Assembly (NCBI GenBank): GCA_028278955.1
Contig: JAPYOC010000101.1
Location: 1-49,551 of the forward strand
Direction of reading: 5' to 3'
Origin: Candidatus Poriferisocius aerobius
GTDB lineage: Bacteria > Actinomycetota > Acidimicrobiia > Acidimicrobiales > Bin134
Length of the DNA: 49,551 nucleotides
The notes beneath the pieces were generated by a model. That model was not told the origin of the DNA. It saw nothing but the letters and a program-made list of their open reading frames with translations, and made no database searches. Shown here piece after piece: positions 35,687 through 44,113 of this stretch. Position numbers and translations under genes: made by a program. Positions within the stretch are counted from its first letter, which is position 1; the number at the start of each line of letters is the position of its first letter.

Positions 35687-36769
35687 ATGCAGTTTTCTCG
35701 TACTGGCCTTGCCTGTCTGTTCGCCGTCGCCCTCATCGCCGCCTCCTGTAGCGGCGGCGGGGGCACGAAACTCGCAGGCGTCGCCGCCACCGTTTACGAC
35801 GGCACCTGCGCCGACGACAACGGCACTTCAGTCACCGTCTACTCCGGTCGAAGCGAAAACCTGATGAAACCGGTCTTCGATGCGTTTGCCTGCGAAAGCG
35901 GCACATCGGTCCGGGTCCGCTGGGGGTCGTCCACCGATTTGGCCCTTTTGATCGACACGGAAGGCGACCGCACCGAGGCCGACGTGTTCATCTCCCGCTC
36001 GCCGGGGCCGGTGGGCTTTCTGGAGTCCAAAGGCCTGCTCACTGCCATGGACAGCAGCGTGCTGGACTTGGTCGACGATGATCACCGGGGGGACAACGGC
36101 ACATGGATAGGCTTCTCCGGCCGCAAGCGGGTGCTGGTCCACAACCTCGACAGCGTGCCCTCGTCTGAGCTGCCGACCTCGGTGTTCGACCTGACTGATT
36201 CCCAGTGGCGGGGCCGGGTGGCCATCCCGGCTACCAACGGTTCGTTCGTGGACTGGTTCACCGTGTTCCGCGATCAGTACGGCAACGATGCGGCCACCCA
36301 GTGGCTTTCCGACATGGTGGACAACGACGCTCGCTACTACCCCAACAACGTTGCCATCGTGGAGGCCGCGGCCAGGGGCGAGATCGATGTGGGCCTCGTG
36401 AACCACTACTACAACTACCGGCTGGCCGCCGATGCCGCGGCGGCCGGCGAGCAGCACCGGGCGGCCAACTACGACCTGTCCGATGAGGACATCGGCTCGC
36501 TGCTCATCATCACTGCGGCCACCATGACCAAGAGCACCGAAGACCGGACCGCAGCCCAGAGCTTCATCTCCTACCTGCTCTCGACTTCTGCCCAACGCTT
36601 CTTCACCAGCAACACCTATGAATACCCCCTCGCGGGGGGTGTGGAGGCCAACCCGGTGCTGCCCCCGCTTACTGCCCTGTCGATAGGGTCGGTGGACTTC
36701 GACGCTCTCGGCGGCGGTTTCGAGAGGACTGAGGACATCATCCAGCGCAGCGGAATCTTGAACCAGTAG
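35687..36769 (+). CDS. Fe(III) ABC transporter substrate-binding lipoprotein (FutA/AfuA-like)
   Basis: Lipobox IAASC, VTVYSGRSE, GLVNHYY (tandem Tyr iron ligands), YEYPL. Confidence 0.9.
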   Translation: MQFSRTGLACLFAVALIAASCSGGGGTKLAGVAATVYDGTCADDNGTSVTVYSGRSENLMKPVFDAFACESGTSVRVRWGSSTDLALLIDTEGDRTEADVFISRSPGPVGFLESKGLLTAMDSSVLDLVDDDHRGDNGTWIGFSGRKRVLVHNLDSVPSSELPTSVFDLTDSQWRGRVAIPATNGSFVDWFTVFRDQYGNDAATQWLSDMVDNDARYYPNNVAIVEAAARGEIDVGLVNHYYNYRLAADAAAAGEQHRAANYDLSDEDIGSLLIITAATMTKSTEDRTAAQSFISYLLSTSAQRFFTSNTYEYPLAGGVEANPVLPPLTALSIGSVDFDALGGGFERTEDIIQRSGILNQ

Positions 36770-36792
36770 GGAGGTACACTAACGTTCGACAC

Positions 36793-38046
36793 GTGGACGT
36801 CGACCCCCTCGATCTCATCTGCCCGAAGCGCTACGGCGAGAACGGCCAGCCTCACGATCTGTTGGCCCGGTTGCGCCAGAACTCTCCTGTTCATTGGTGC
36901 GAACCCGACGGCTACCAGAACTTCTGGGCTGTCACCCGACACGCCGACATCATCGAAGTGTCAACCCAGCCCGAGCTGTTCAGCAGCGAGGCTGGCAACA
37001 TCACCGTGCTGAGCGACCAGCAGGTGGCCGACCAGGCCAAGGGCGGCAGCATCGTTGCCAACATGCGCACTATTATCAGCATGGATCCGCCCGACCATCG
37101 GCTTTACCGCAAAGTGGCCAGCGGCTTTTTCACTCCCCGGGGAATCAGCCAGCTCGAACAGATCGTCAACGACAGCGCAAAGGCCCTGTTCGACAGCCTC
37201 GGTGACGAAGGGGAATGCGATTTTGTGGACGTCGTCGCCCAGCGCCATCCGCTGCGGGTGCTGGCCACCATCTTGGGCATCGACCGCAATGACGAAGAAC
37301 GCCTCTTGGTGCTCACCCAGCAGCTGCTCGCCGGCGACGATCCCGACTATCAGCGCGACGCCGGCAGCCGCTACGAGGCCACCCAGGAAGTGGGCATGGA
37401 GTTCTACGCCATGTTCGACCGCATCGTCAAAGACCGCCGGGCGAACCCCAGCCAAGACCTGGCCTCCATGCTGGCCCATGCCCACCTGCCGACCGGCGAG
37501 CCGCTGGGCGAGATCGAGATGTTCGGCTACTACCTTATCGTGTTCGTGGCCGGCCATGACACCACCCGCAACGGCCTGTCGGGCGCGCTGGAAGCGTTCT
37601 TGGCCTATCCCGACCAGCTTCAGCGGCTGAGGGAGAATCCGGAGATGGCCAAAGACGCGGTGGAGGAGGTGGTCCGCTGGTCTGCGCCGGTCAACTACAT
37701 GAAGCGCACCGCCCTGGCCGATGCCACCGTGGCTGGCCAGCCGGTGAAGGAAGGCGACTTCTTGGTGCTCTTCTACGCCTCGGGGAACCGGGACGAGGCG
37801 GTATTCGCCCGGCCCCACGATTTCGACATCGGCCGCTCTCCCAACCGCCATCTGGGGTTCGGCTGGGCCGAGCACTACTGCTTGGGGGCGCATCTGGCTC
37901 GGGCCACCACCCAGGCTCTGGTGAGCCAATTGGCCGAACGGGTGATCGAGCTCGAGCCGGCGGGGCCGGTTGTTCGGACCGAGTCCAACCTCGTTGTCGG
38001 GGCCAAGAGGCTGCCGGTGCGCTACAAGCTTCGTCCTGCGGCCTGA
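36793..38046 (+). CDS. Cytochrome P450
   Basis: MDPPDHRLYR, AGHDTT, EEVVR, heme motif FGWAEHYCLG. Confidence 0.95.
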   Translation: MDVDPLDLICPKRYGENGQPHDLLARLRQNSPVHWCEPDGYQNFWAVTRHADIIEVSTQPELFSSEAGNITVLSDQQVADQAKGGSIVANMRTIISMDPPDHRLYRKVASGFFTPRGISQLEQIVNDSAKALFDSLGDEGECDFVDVVAQRHPLRVLATILGIDRNDEERLLVLTQQLLAGDDPDYQRDAGSRYEATQEVGMEFYAMFDRIVKDRRANPSQDLASMLAHAHLPTGEPLGEIEMFGYYLIVFVAGHDTTRNGLSGALEAFLAYPDQLQRLRENPEMAKDAVEEVVRWSAPVNYMKRTALADATVAGQPVKEGDFLVLFYASGNRDEAVFARPHDFDIGRSPNRHLGFGWAEHYCLGAHLARATTQALVSQLAERVIELEPAGPVVRTESNLVVGAKRLPVRYKLRPAA

Positions 38047-38057
38047 TCGATCTCCCC

Positions 38058-39728
38058 ATGACCCCAAGCCCCAAAGACCGGGATCCCGTCCACTACGACG
38101 CAGTGGTCATTGGCGCCGGATTCGCCGGCATCTACATGCTCTACAAGCTCCGCCAGCTCGGGCTCACCGCCAAGGTCTATGAGACCGGCGACGACGTGGG
38201 CGGCACGTGGTACTGGAACCGCTATCCCGGTGCCCGCTGCGATGTGGAGAGCTTGGAGTACTGCTACAGCTTCGATCCCGAACTGGAGCAGGAGTGGGAG
38301 TGGACCGAGCGCTATCCGGGCCAGCCTGAGATCCTCCGTTACGCCCAGCACGTGGCCCGGCGCTACGGCTTGTACCGGGATATCCAGCTCAACACCAAGG
38401 TCACCAGGGCGGCCTTCGACGACGACACCGGCCGCTGGCACATCACCAGCGCGCCGGCGGTGGACCACATCGACCACAATCACGCCCCTGCCGGCCCCGA
38501 CGCCGAGATGGTGACTGCCGACTACCTGATTACCGCGGTGGGCTGTCTTTCCTCCTCCAATGTTCCCGACCTCGAGGGCATCGACGCCTTCGAGGGCGAA
38601 CTGTGCCACACCGGCCGCTATCCCAAAGAGGGCATCGATTTCTCCGGCAAGCGGGTGGGCGTGATCGGCACCGGCTCCTCGGGCGTCCAGGCCATCCCGG
38701 TGATCGCCGAGACCGCCGAGCACCTCACCGTGTTCCAGCGCACGCCGCAGTACGCCATACCGGCCCGCAACCACCCCCTCGACCCCGCCGAGCAGGCGCA
38801 AATCAAGGCCGACTATCGCAGGCTGCGGGAGAAGAACAAAGCTCAGCAGGGTGCGCTGGGGGCCCGATTCCTCTGGAACGAGGGCTCGGTTCTCGATGCA
38901 GGCCCTGATGAGGCGGCCGAGGAGTTCGAGGCCCGTTGGGAGATCGGCGGCTTCGCTTTCCTGGGTGCCTACTCCGATATCACCCGCAGCCCCGAGGCGA
39001 ACCAGGTGGCCGCCGACTTCGTCAAGGCCAAGATCCGCGAGACGGTCGAGGATCCCGACCTAGCGGAGCAGCTCATTCCCACCACCTACCTCGGCTGCAA
39101 GCGCCTGGTGCTCGACACCGACTATTTCGCCACGTTCAACCGTGACAACGTCACCCTGGTGGACATCAGCGAGAGCACCATTTCCATGCTCACCGCCGAT
39201 GGCCTGCTCACCGCCGACGGCGCCTCCTACGACCTCGATGTGATCGTGTTCGCCACCGGATACGACGCCATGACCGGCTCGCTGCTCCGCATCGACATCT
39301 GTGGCCGTGGCGGTCTTGCCTTGGCCGAGCAGTGGTACGCCGGGCCCCGCACCTACTTGGGCTTGGGCGTGCCCGGCTTCCCCAACATGTTCACCATCAC
39401 CGGCCCGGGCAGCCCGTCGGTGCTGGCCAACATGATCGTGTGCATCGAGCAGCACGTCGACTGGATTGGCGAATGCATCGACTACTTGCGGTCCAACGGC
39501 CACCGCCACATCGAGGCTACCGAACATGCCACCGACGCTTGGGTGGATCATGTGAACCTCGTGGCCAGCTACACGTTGTACCCCACCTGCAATTCCTGGT
39601 ACCTCGGGGCCAACATCCCCGGCAAGACCCGAGTGTTCATGCCCCTGCCCGGCTTCCCCGATTATGCCGAGAAGTGTGATCAAGTAGCGGCCGCCGGCTA
39701 CGAGGGGTTCGACCTTATCTCGTCTTAG
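38058..39728 (+). CDS. Type I Baeyer-Villiger monooxygenase (cyclohexanone/steroid monooxygenase family)
   Basis: GAGFAG, GGTWYWNRYPGARCD, FEGELCHTGRYP fingerprint variant, GTGSSG, ATGY, SWYLGANIPGK. Confidence 0.95.
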   Translation: MTPSPKDRDPVHYDAVVIGAGFAGIYMLYKLRQLGLTAKVYETGDDVGGTWYWNRYPGARCDVESLEYCYSFDPELEQEWEWTERYPGQPEILRYAQHVARRYGLYRDIQLNTKVTRAAFDDDTGRWHITSAPAVDHIDHNHAPAGPDAEMVTADYLITAVGCLSSSNVPDLEGIDAFEGELCHTGRYPKEGIDFSGKRVGVIGTGSSGVQAIPVIAETAEHLTVFQRTPQYAIPARNHPLDPAEQAQIKADYRRLREKNKAQQGALGARFLWNEGSVLDAGPDEAAEEFEARWEIGGFAFLGAYSDITRSPEANQVAADFVKAKIRETVEDPDLAEQLIPTTYLGCKRLVLDTDYFATFNRDNVTLVDISESTISMLTADGLLTADGASYDLDVIVFATGYDAMTGSLLRIDICGRGGLALAEQWYAGPRTYLGLGVPGFPNMFTITGPGSPSVLANMIVCIEQHVDWIGECIDYLRSNGHRHIEATEHATDAWVDHVNLVASYTLYPTCNSWYLGANIPGKTRVFMPLPGFPDYAEKCDQVAAAGYEGFDLISS

Positions 39729-39859
39729 AGGACGAGATATCGCCTATCTTCTGACTCCATGACGGACTACCGCATCGGGCTGACCCCAGCCGACCGCAAC
39801 GGGGTGCCGCTCATCGACGACACCTCGGCCCACCGGTGCGCCCCCTGGACGGCATAGCC

Positions 39860-40744
39860 GTGTATCCGTCACAGCGCTTCGGCTACAGCGACGATCCTTG
39901 GTTCCGCATCGGGGGATTCCCGGTCTCCACTACCGCTTTTGTCGTGGGGCTCGGCGTGATCTCGACGATCATCTGGGGGATTGAGGGCCGTTTTGGCCCC
40001 ATTTTCGGCGAATTGGTGCTGGTCTCGGAGAACTACCAGCTCGGAAGCGTGGTGGAGGGAGACATTTGGCGGTTGGCCACCTGGCCGATCCCCAACGAAC
40101 CCGACATCTGGACGATCATTTTGTTTGCCATTTTCTACATGCTGGGATCTCAGATTGAGTCTCTGCTTGGGCGCTGGCGATTCGCGTTCTTCCTCATCGC
40201 CCTCACGCTTGTTCCCGCCGTGGTCGTGACTGCGGTGGAGGCGGTGGCCGGCACCACCGGCTATGTGGCCGGCCTCCGCATGGTAGAAGTGGGGGTGCTG
40301 GTGGCGTTCGCGGCCCAGTACGCCCAGGCCCGGTTCTGGCCTGGCATTCCCGGTTGGGTGATCGCCGTCGTCATCGTCGGCCTCGACGCCCTCCAAGCCC
40401 TAGGTAACCGCAATTGGTTTGCCCTGATCGTTCTGGCCTGCACGGTGGCCGTGTCGCTGCTCGGCATCAGAGCGTTCGGCTACGCCGCGAATCTGACGTG
40501 GATTCCGAAGCTGTCCTTTGCGGCGGGCTCCGGGCAGTCTTCGGTCGGCGCTCGCTCTTCGAGGGCTCGCCGCCGGGGCCGAGGGCGGGAACACCTGCGG
40601 TCAGTCCCGATCCGCGATGAGTCCGCCACCCCCGAGATCGACGCCCTGCTTGACCAAGTGTCCAGCCAGGGCCTGAAGAGCCTGAGCCGCAAGCAGCGCA
40701 GACAGCTCGAGGCCCATGCCCGCCGCCTCCGCCGACACCGCTAA
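39860..40744 (+). CDS. Rhomboid-like membrane protein with a C-terminal DUF6576-like domain
   Basis: GDIWRLATWP rhomboid-like WR motif, several TM segments, C-terminal EIDALLDQVSSQGLKSLS. No clear catalytic GxS/His pair seen. Start approximate. Confidence 0.7.
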   Translation: MYPSQRFGYSDDPWFRIGGFPVSTTAFVVGLGVISTIIWGIEGRFGPIFGELVLVSENYQLGSVVEGDIWRLATWPIPNEPDIWTIILFAIFYMLGSQIESLLGRWRFAFFLIALTLVPAVVVTAVEAVAGTTGYVAGLRMVEVGVLVAFAAQYAQARFWPGIPGWVIAVVIVGLDALQALGNRNWFALIVLACTVAVSLLGIRAFGYAANLTWIPKLSFAAGSGQSSVGARSSRARRRGRGREHLRSVPIRDESATPEIDALLDQVSSQGLKSLSRKQRRQLEAHARRLRRHR

Positions 40745-40783
40745 GGCCAGCGGAGTCTCTTGCGGTCAAGAAAGCAGTTGCTG

Positions 40784-42001
40784 GTGAGCGCAAGGATTGA
40801 ACTGAGCCATGTGTTCAAGATCTTTGGGGTCCGCCCGAGGGGGCGTGCTTTGAGGATGGCTCAAGCGGGCGTCACAAAAGACGACGTGCAGACCGCCACT
40901 GATCACGTCGTCGGACTGCATGATGTCACCTTCTCAGTGCTCGACGGTGAGATTTTCGTGATCATGGGCCTGTCGGGCTCGGGGAAATCCACCGCCATCC
41001 GGACCGTGAACCGCCTTCACGATGTCACTGCTGGAACGGTGACGGTGGATGGCACCGACGTGGCTCGACTCGCCAAGAGGGATTTGGAGAACTTTCGGCG
41101 GGACAAGATGGGCATGGTGTTCCAGCACTTCGCCCTCTTCCCCCACCACACTGTGGTGGACAACGTTGCCTACGGGCTCAAGGTCAAGGGGATGGCCACC
41201 GGCGAGCGTCGGCGGCGTGCCCTTGAAGCTCTTGAGTTGGTGGGCCTAGAGCGGTACTGCCTGTCGCTGCCCCGCGAGCTGTCGGGAGGGATGCAGCAAC
41301 GGGTGGGGTTGGCTCGAGCATTGGCCGCCAACCTCGACATCTTGCTTATGGACGAGGCATTCAGCGCTCTTGACCCCCTCATTCGCCGCCAGATGCAAGA
41401 CGAGTTGCTGGCGATGCAAGGCGATCTGCTCCACAAGACCATCCTGTTCATCACCCATGACCTCAACGAGGCTCTGAGGGTGGGCGACAGGGTATGCATT
41501 ATGAAAGACGGAGCGGTCGTGCAAATCGGCACTCCTGAAGAAATACTGCGTAATCCGGAGACGGCTTATGTCGCCGAGTTTGTAAAGGATGTGGACCAGG
41601 GTCGCGTGCTCCAAGTGGAAAGCGCGATGAGCAAGCCATCGCCGGTCGTGCTCGGAACCACCGTGAGAGAGGCCTTGGCCACGCTCGACTCCACAGGCGT
41701 TGCGTTTTGCGTGGATGACGAAGGCAAGCCGTGCGGGATCATCACGAGGGATTTGCTGGCTGGGTCTCAGCAGCGCTCTGTTGAAGCGGTGATGATGACT
41801 GAGTTCGGTGTCACCACTCGCACTGCGCTGTTGGTGGAAGCCTATGAACTGTGCGCCCAGAGCGAGCTGGTCGCCGTGGTCGACGATCGAGGAATTCTCG
41901 AAGGGCGTCTCTATGCGTTGGATGTGTTGGCAGAGTTGGGTGAGATCGAGTCCAAAGCCGAGCAGGTCAAAGCCGCTGACATCGCAGAGGGGAAAGCCTA
42001 G
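40784..42001 (+). CDS. proV: Glycine betaine/proline ABC transporter ATP-binding protein with CBS domains
   Basis: IMGLSGSGKST, VFQHFALFPH, LSGGMQQRVGLARALA, LMDEAFSALDPLIR, FITHDL; C-terminal CBS-like region. Confidence 0.93.
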   Translation: MSARIELSHVFKIFGVRPRGRALRMAQAGVTKDDVQTATDHVVGLHDVTFSVLDGEIFVIMGLSGSGKSTAIRTVNRLHDVTAGTVTVDGTDVARLAKRDLENFRRDKMGMVFQHFALFPHHTVVDNVAYGLKVKGMATGERRRRALEALELVGLERYCLSLPRELSGGMQQRVGLARALAANLDILLMDEAFSALDPLIRRQMQDELLAMQGDLLHKTILFITHDLNEALRVGDRVCIMKDGAVVQIGTPEEILRNPETAYVAEFVKDVDQGRVLQVESAMSKPSPVVLGTTVREALATLDSTGVAFCVDDEGKPCGIITRDLLAGSQQRSVEAVMMTEFGVTTRTALLVEAYELCAQSELVAVVDDRGILEGRLYALDVLAELGEIESKAEQVKAADIAEGKA

Positions 42002-42004
42002 CTC

Positions 42005-44050
42005 ATGGGTGTGGTCGCAGAGAGCTGGTTCAACACCGGTTGGCGGGATGACCAGTGGTTGAACGACTGGGAGATTCCTTTTGGCTACTGGGTTCAGGAG
42101 AGTATCGACTGGCTCAACGTCAAAGCTGAAGTTGTCTTCGACATCATCAAATGGCCCTTCGAGAACCTGCTCGAGTTGGTGACCTACGACATTTTGTTAA
42201 ACATCCCCTGGCCTTTTATGTTGTTGATCTTTGTGATCATCGGCTTCTTAGTTCGAGATGTAAAGATCGGACTTGGTGCTGCGGCAGGCATTTTTATGTG
42301 TGGTTTGCTCGGTGCCGATTATTGGCTATTGACGATGCAGACCATTGGTATCATTTCGGTTGCCGTCATAATTTGCGTAGCTATAGGATTGCCTTACGGG
42401 GTATTGTGCGCTCGCAGTGATCGAATATGGAATCTCACTAGGCCGATATTAGATGGCATGCAGCTGGTGCATGCTTTCACTTACTTAATAGCCATTATTT
42501 TCTTTTTTGGTACCGGTCCAGTTGGCGGCACTATTGCCACCATGATCTTTGCTCTGCCACCGATGATTCGCTTAACAAATCTGGGAATCCGTCAAGTGCC
42601 TAGCGATACGGTTGAAGCCGCTCGAGCTTATGGAGCTTCCGATTTTCGAGTGCTGATGGATGTTCAACTCCCACTAGCTCGACCCGCCATTATGACCGGT
42701 GTCAACCAGGTTTTGTTGCTCTCGTTATCATTTGTGGGTATCATCGCAGTTATTGCTGGCGGCGGCTTGGGGCAGGAAATTTTTCGAGGGATTCAGAGCA
42801 GCAATTCCGCTGTTGGAGCGGCATCGGGCTTGGCACTCTATCTAGTCGGAGTGGTTCTGGATCGTCTAAGTCAACCACAACCCCGCGATAACCGCACGCT
42901 AGTTCGTAAAATAGGCGCTGCGCTCCGCGGCAATTACCAAATCCCATCATCAACCGCGCTTCCTGATCTTATTTCAGAAGAGCCAAAAGACTTTTCTGCT
43001 CAGACTTCGTCAACTCGACGCACAGCGTACAAACATATATGGCTGGCTAGCATAATCGGCCTGACCGGAGGAATTTTGGCTGTTGCCAGTGTGTTCTTTA
43101 CATGGACAACTGGGTCTGGTCGAGTAAGTGGTTATGCTCGATCTGAAGATTTGGATGCCAATGGAACGTTCAACGGCTATGATGCCAGCGGTGGCAGCTG
43201 GTTTGGCTTTCTGATAATTATCGTTGGAACAGCGCTCGTTATCATATCCGTGTTGATCCTCCTTGGCAGCAGGATGTCTTTCACGTATTGGTTGAGTGCG
43301 CCGATGGGAGTGATTTTTGCCGGGACGTCTATCGTTGGCATGATGGTGGTCTATTTGTTCATTTCTCCCCACGATCTGGCTCGACCTACAGAGCATGGAG
43401 TTGGTGTATTCCTTGCACTGAGCAGCGGAGCGATACTGCTTATCGGAGGATTCATTGCCTATGGGATACAGCGCTATTCTCCAAAGACGGTTGCGTTTTC
43501 CCCTCTGTTGGCTAGCCTCGCTATCGCTGCGGTAGGATTTCTCGTCGTCAGTTCGTTTGCAAATTGGATAAGCGACTCAAGGATGGGTGCGCTGACCCCT
43601 GAACAGCAGCTTCAGATCGAAGCTGAAAGAGCAAACCCAACCGATGCCGGGACAGCGATTTTGAACCAAAGCCTGTCTCGGGATGATCCGCTTCGATATG
43701 CTGGCTTCAATGATAGCGGTCCCAACTTGAGTGTGGGCATGATAGTGGTTGCGGTTGTTATTGGGGTTGCCGCCCTCGTTGTTTTTTCGGTGCCTAGAAT
43801 TGCTCCAGTATTTGAGGCGCTGCTTCTCGGAGTTGGTACTGCGGTGCTGCTCAGCATTACAGCGTGGGCGGTGAGCTTCCTCCGAGTGGCCGAAGATGGT
43901 TTGCAAACCGGAGCGGCGGGACTTCCCAGTTTGGCTGGTGGCGCCTTGGCATTGGTCGTGGCCGTCTCTCGAATGCGTCAGCGCAGTCTTGACGAGCGCG
44001 AGACCGCTCTTGGATCCCTGCGAGTTGTTGGAGGGCATCCTTTGGACTAG
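42005..44050 (+). CDS. proW: Glycine betaine/proline ABC permease with an approx. 390-aa multi-TM C-terminal extension
   Basis: RPILDGMQ, FALPPMIRLTNLGIRQV, EAARAYGAS...VQLPLARPAIMTGVNQ, GGGLG, LDR; followed by a long hydrophobic extension. Confidence 0.88.
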   Translation: MGVVAESWFNTGWRDDQWLNDWEIPFGYWVQESIDWLNVKAEVVFDIIKWPFENLLELVTYDILLNIPWPFMLLIFVIIGFLVRDVKIGLGAAAGIFMCGLLGADYWLLTMQTIGIISVAVIICVAIGLPYGVLCARSDRIWNLTRPILDGMQLVHAFTYLIAIIFFFGTGPVGGTIATMIFALPPMIRLTNLGIRQVPSDTVEAARAYGASDFRVLMDVQLPLARPAIMTGVNQVLLLSLSFVGIIAVIAGGGLGQEIFRGIQSSNSAVGAASGLALYLVGVVLDRLSQPQPRDNRTLVRKIGAALRGNYQIPSSTALPDLISEEPKDFSAQTSSTRRTAYKHIWLASIIGLTGGILAVASVFFTWTTGSGRVSGYARSEDLDANGTFNGYDASGGSWFGFLIIIVGTALVIISVLILLGSRMSFTYWLSAPMGVIFAGTSIVGMMVVYLFISPHDLARPTEHGVGVFLALSSGAILLIGGFIAYGIQRYSPKTVAFSPLLASLAIAAVGFLVVSSFANWISDSRMGALTPEQQLQIEAERANPTDAGTAILNQSLSRDDPLRYAGFNDSGPNLSVGMIVVAVVIGVAALVVFSVPRIAPVFEALLLGVGTAVLLSITAWAVSFLRVAEDGLQTGAAGLPSLAGGALALVVAVSRMRQRSLDERETALGSLRVVGGHPLD

Positions 44051-44113
44051 TGTTCTACCTGCCTGTGATCTGGGCATTTCTCCGTAAACAGAAAAACAAT
44101 TTGGAAGGCGAGA

